DNA of 64,000 bases from Octopus bimaculoides. Taxonomy: Eukaryota. Position numbers and translations under genes: made by a program. The stretch lies in the NCBI RefSeq assembly GCF_001194135.2, contig NC_068991.1, positions 1,653,821 to 1,717,820 of the forward strand, given 5' to 3'. Positions 60,920-64,000 of the stretch are shown here, piece by piece. The notes below the pieces were generated by a model. The model was given only the letters and a program-made list of their open reading frames with translations. It ran no database searches and was not told where the DNA came from. How positions within the stretch are numbered: the stretch's first letter is position 1; each line of letters begins with the position of its first letter.

Positions 60920-61441
60920 TTATACCCATATATGTGTGATTGTGTATGTGTGTGTCAGTGTGTATAAATTTTAAATTATATATATATGTATATTATATAT
61001 GTTTACACGATATATATGTACGTGTATATTACAAATATATATATATATATATATATATAAATAGTAGGCAAACACGCGCCTGCGCACACTTACACGCGGA
61101 GAAATTAATATGTAATTACCAATATAATGTGGGTATGCGTTCCCGTGTGCGCGCGCCTATAATTTGTGTGCCTATGTATGTACATGTGTGTGTATGTGCG
61201 TGTGTATATGTGTGTGTGTATATCACCTCGCAAAGATAAAATATTACGGCATCATTAGCGTATTATTTGGTAGGTGTTGGCCGAGATTAATGGCTGGAAC
61301 AAGAAAGAGCATTGTTAGATGCGAGGACAACGTGGAGCCAACCTCGCTGCTGCCAGACCGCACTTCTGCTGAACTAAACCAGTTCTATATTGGAATATTA
61401 AACATGGCCACGGTTTCCTGTAGATCATGCGGCTTTCAGGG

Positions 61442-61472
<31 letters not shown>

Positions 61473-61761
61473 TTTGTTTTTAAACTGGGTCATTCTCTAA
61501 AGATATTCTTGGAATTTTATGCGGCGATGAATAATAATAACAATAACAATAACAACAACAACAACAACAATGATAATAATAATAATAATGCAAGGAAGGA
61601 AAACGTAAAATATATTTGCCACAGATGTGCTGGAGTACATGTATGCATGAGCTTGTGCCCATGTGTATATGTGCCCGTGTATGTGAGTGTATGTATGTGT
61701 GTGTGTGTGTGTATATAGATGTACCCAATATTTTTAAATGCGGGTATGTAAGTCAAATCAT

Positions 61762-61818
<57 letters not shown>

Positions 61819-61884
61819 CAAACAGTTTAACATTAAACTGAAAGGTCAGTCAATACTTTTGGGAGACCATGTTTATTAAACTTG

Positions 61885-62145
61885 AAATCATGGTTTCGAT
61901 CCCCAGACCGGCTATGTGTTTTGTTCTTTAGCAAAACACCTCATTTCATGTTACCCCAGTCCACTCAGCTGTAAATGGTCAACCCTGTAACGGACTAACC
62001 TTCCTATCGGAGGAAATGTTGGCCTGCTCGCCTAACCAGCGGAGGGGTATCATTCAAAGGCTAAAACGGAGCAAAGCGCAAAGTGGCCAATGATGTTTAA
62101 CAACATTCGATAGTCTGGTCGATCACGTGATCACGTGATATTCCA
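61885..62145 (+). mobile_element. SINE-C-related element (shared B-box and central motif, different tail)
   Basis: atggtttcgatccccagaccgg...ccagtccactcagctgtaaatgg; the tail differs from 33165-33330. Confidence 0.7.
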
Positions 62146-62478
62146 TAACAAACTGTATGTTTTCGTTAATACTATTTATGAGAGTCTTCAATGCAAAAAC
62201 TCTCTCCAAACCTTCTTCCAGTAAGATAAAACAGTCATCTAAATATCTCCTCCAATTTCTCTTCAAGTAACTATGAATGTGGTTTCCATTTTCAACTTGG
62301 ATTTCTCATGCATTTTAATGTCAAGGTATCCATTACTAAATTTGCATCAGAAATGCTATCCAACACTGCCCCATGAGTTTCATGTCTGATCTGAAAATCT
62401 CTACTCTCTAAGATGAACTAGAATATCAAATCATTGATTCAGTGGTAAATAAATAGATTTGGCAAAGAACAGACAGAG

Positions 62479-62586
<108 letters not shown>

Positions 62587-62594
62587 TAAACGCA

Positions 62595-62661
<67 letters not shown>

Positions 62662-64000
62662 TTATTTATATGTAAATGGATATAATTCTGCGTTCAATAG
62701 ACACGTGAACATTATGTGGAACGCTACTCATCCGATATACACCCGTTCCTTAATCTTCTCATCGCAGTCAGATGTGGAACAGAATCCAGATATTCGATGT
62801 CTTTCCTTCTTTTCATAGAATCTTCACATCTGATCAACGTTATTCCGGAAACTATTAAACGCCATATTGAAAACGTTTGTGCATTCACACAACCTGATGT
62901 AATTTGCATATAAGTTTCTTATTTTGCATAAAACTGCTAATTAGGTTGTATTTATTTCCTGCCTTAGGAGTAAGTAGCAGTATACATCCCGAATTCGCAA
63001 CAGGGCGACCAATTTCTTCTCTCTCTCTCTCTCTCTCACTCTATCTATCGATCAGTCGATCTATCTATCTGTCTGTCTGTCTGTCTAACAATTTTCTGCC
63101 ACTATCACTCTGCCTCTCTGTTTCTCTCTCTTTCACTATCTCTGTATATATCTGTATATATATATATGCCTGTGTGTGCGCGTGCACGCGCGCGTATGTG
63201 TAAGAGCGAAAGGGGAGAGCACTTGTGCGTGTGCTTGTGCGAGTCTTTCTGACCGTGTATGTGTTAGATCGCAGACATACGCTTATCTACCGATCTGTTT
63301 ATCTCTCTCCCTATCTATCTGTGCACACACAAGCGCGTGCGCAAACACACGCAAGCACACGAATTCATGCATGCATACTTCTATACCTGATCGTAAATAC
63401 AGGACGGGAAGTGGGAGGAGTAAAATGAATGACGACCGCCGGTTGGCTGATTGGCTGCTTGCTCCGGTCGGTTGTTCAGCTGTTCGGTTAGTCGGTTGGT
63501 CGGGTGGTTCGTTGTTCGTATTGGTAAGACAGTAAGTTTGTGTGGCGATTCGCCAAGAATCGTAAGGCAAGGGAAAAATATGAAAACAAAAAGAGGCAAA
63601 CAGAGAGAGAAAAAGAATGAAAATGATGTACAGAAAGAAGAGAGAAAGAAAGAGAAATATGGTTGTTTCTTTGTTGATTTTATATTTATTTACTGTTTTT
63701 TTATTTTTGTAATTTGATTTACATTTTTTTATATTTTTGCAATTTCGATATGGGTCATAGCGAATGTCGGGCCGGAAGCCAAAGTCGGACATTTTGTTTC
63801 GTTTATATTTATTGTTTATTTATATTTTGTTTTGCAATGTCTGCATACAGGGGTATGCGGCGTTCATGTTTGGGGTGGTCTCTGCAGTGTTGTTATAACT
63901 AACTGTTGTTGTTGTTGATGTTGTTGTTGCAGTTATTTGTGCTTGTTGTGCTGCTGCTCTTGGTGGTGGTGGTGAGGTGGTGGTGGTGAGGTGGTGGTGG

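Overview
Eukaryotic, AT-rich, microsatellite-saturated genomic DNA from a draft assembly with about 20 N-gaps, nearly all flanked by (AT)n or (GT)n tracts. The tRNA-headed SINEs with internal microsatellites and the R4/Dong and RTE LINE debris are what I recall from octopod cephalopods (inference, not checked). I cannot confidently identify any protein-coding gene. Almost all listed ORFs are artefacts of microsatellites or N-runs, and the recognisable peptide fragments are decayed transposon pieces: R4/Dong RT and RLE endonuclease, RTE C-termini and an RT motif, a mariner N-terminal HTH, and a possible Penelope GIY-YIG. I found no rRNA, bona fide tRNA or CRISPR array. A few unverified exon candidates exist (best: 40215-40335 minus; a BIR-like motif at 56657-56701 plus), so the window is probably intronic or intergenic. 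The most interesting unexplained structures are: (i) a decayed sequence at 42141-42205 whose helices fall in HDV-like ribozyme order, with a second partial copy forming the arm of a 265-bp foldback at 35257-35521; (ii) a 5x20-bp minisatellite built from the SINE B-box region (57291-57390); (iii) a hairpin-rich, Helitron-end-like element (16390-16824); (iv) repeated R4/Dong 3' ends sitting in (TAA)n tracts. Repeat boundaries are approximate and were read by eye. Family labels (SINE-A/B/C) are my own working names.
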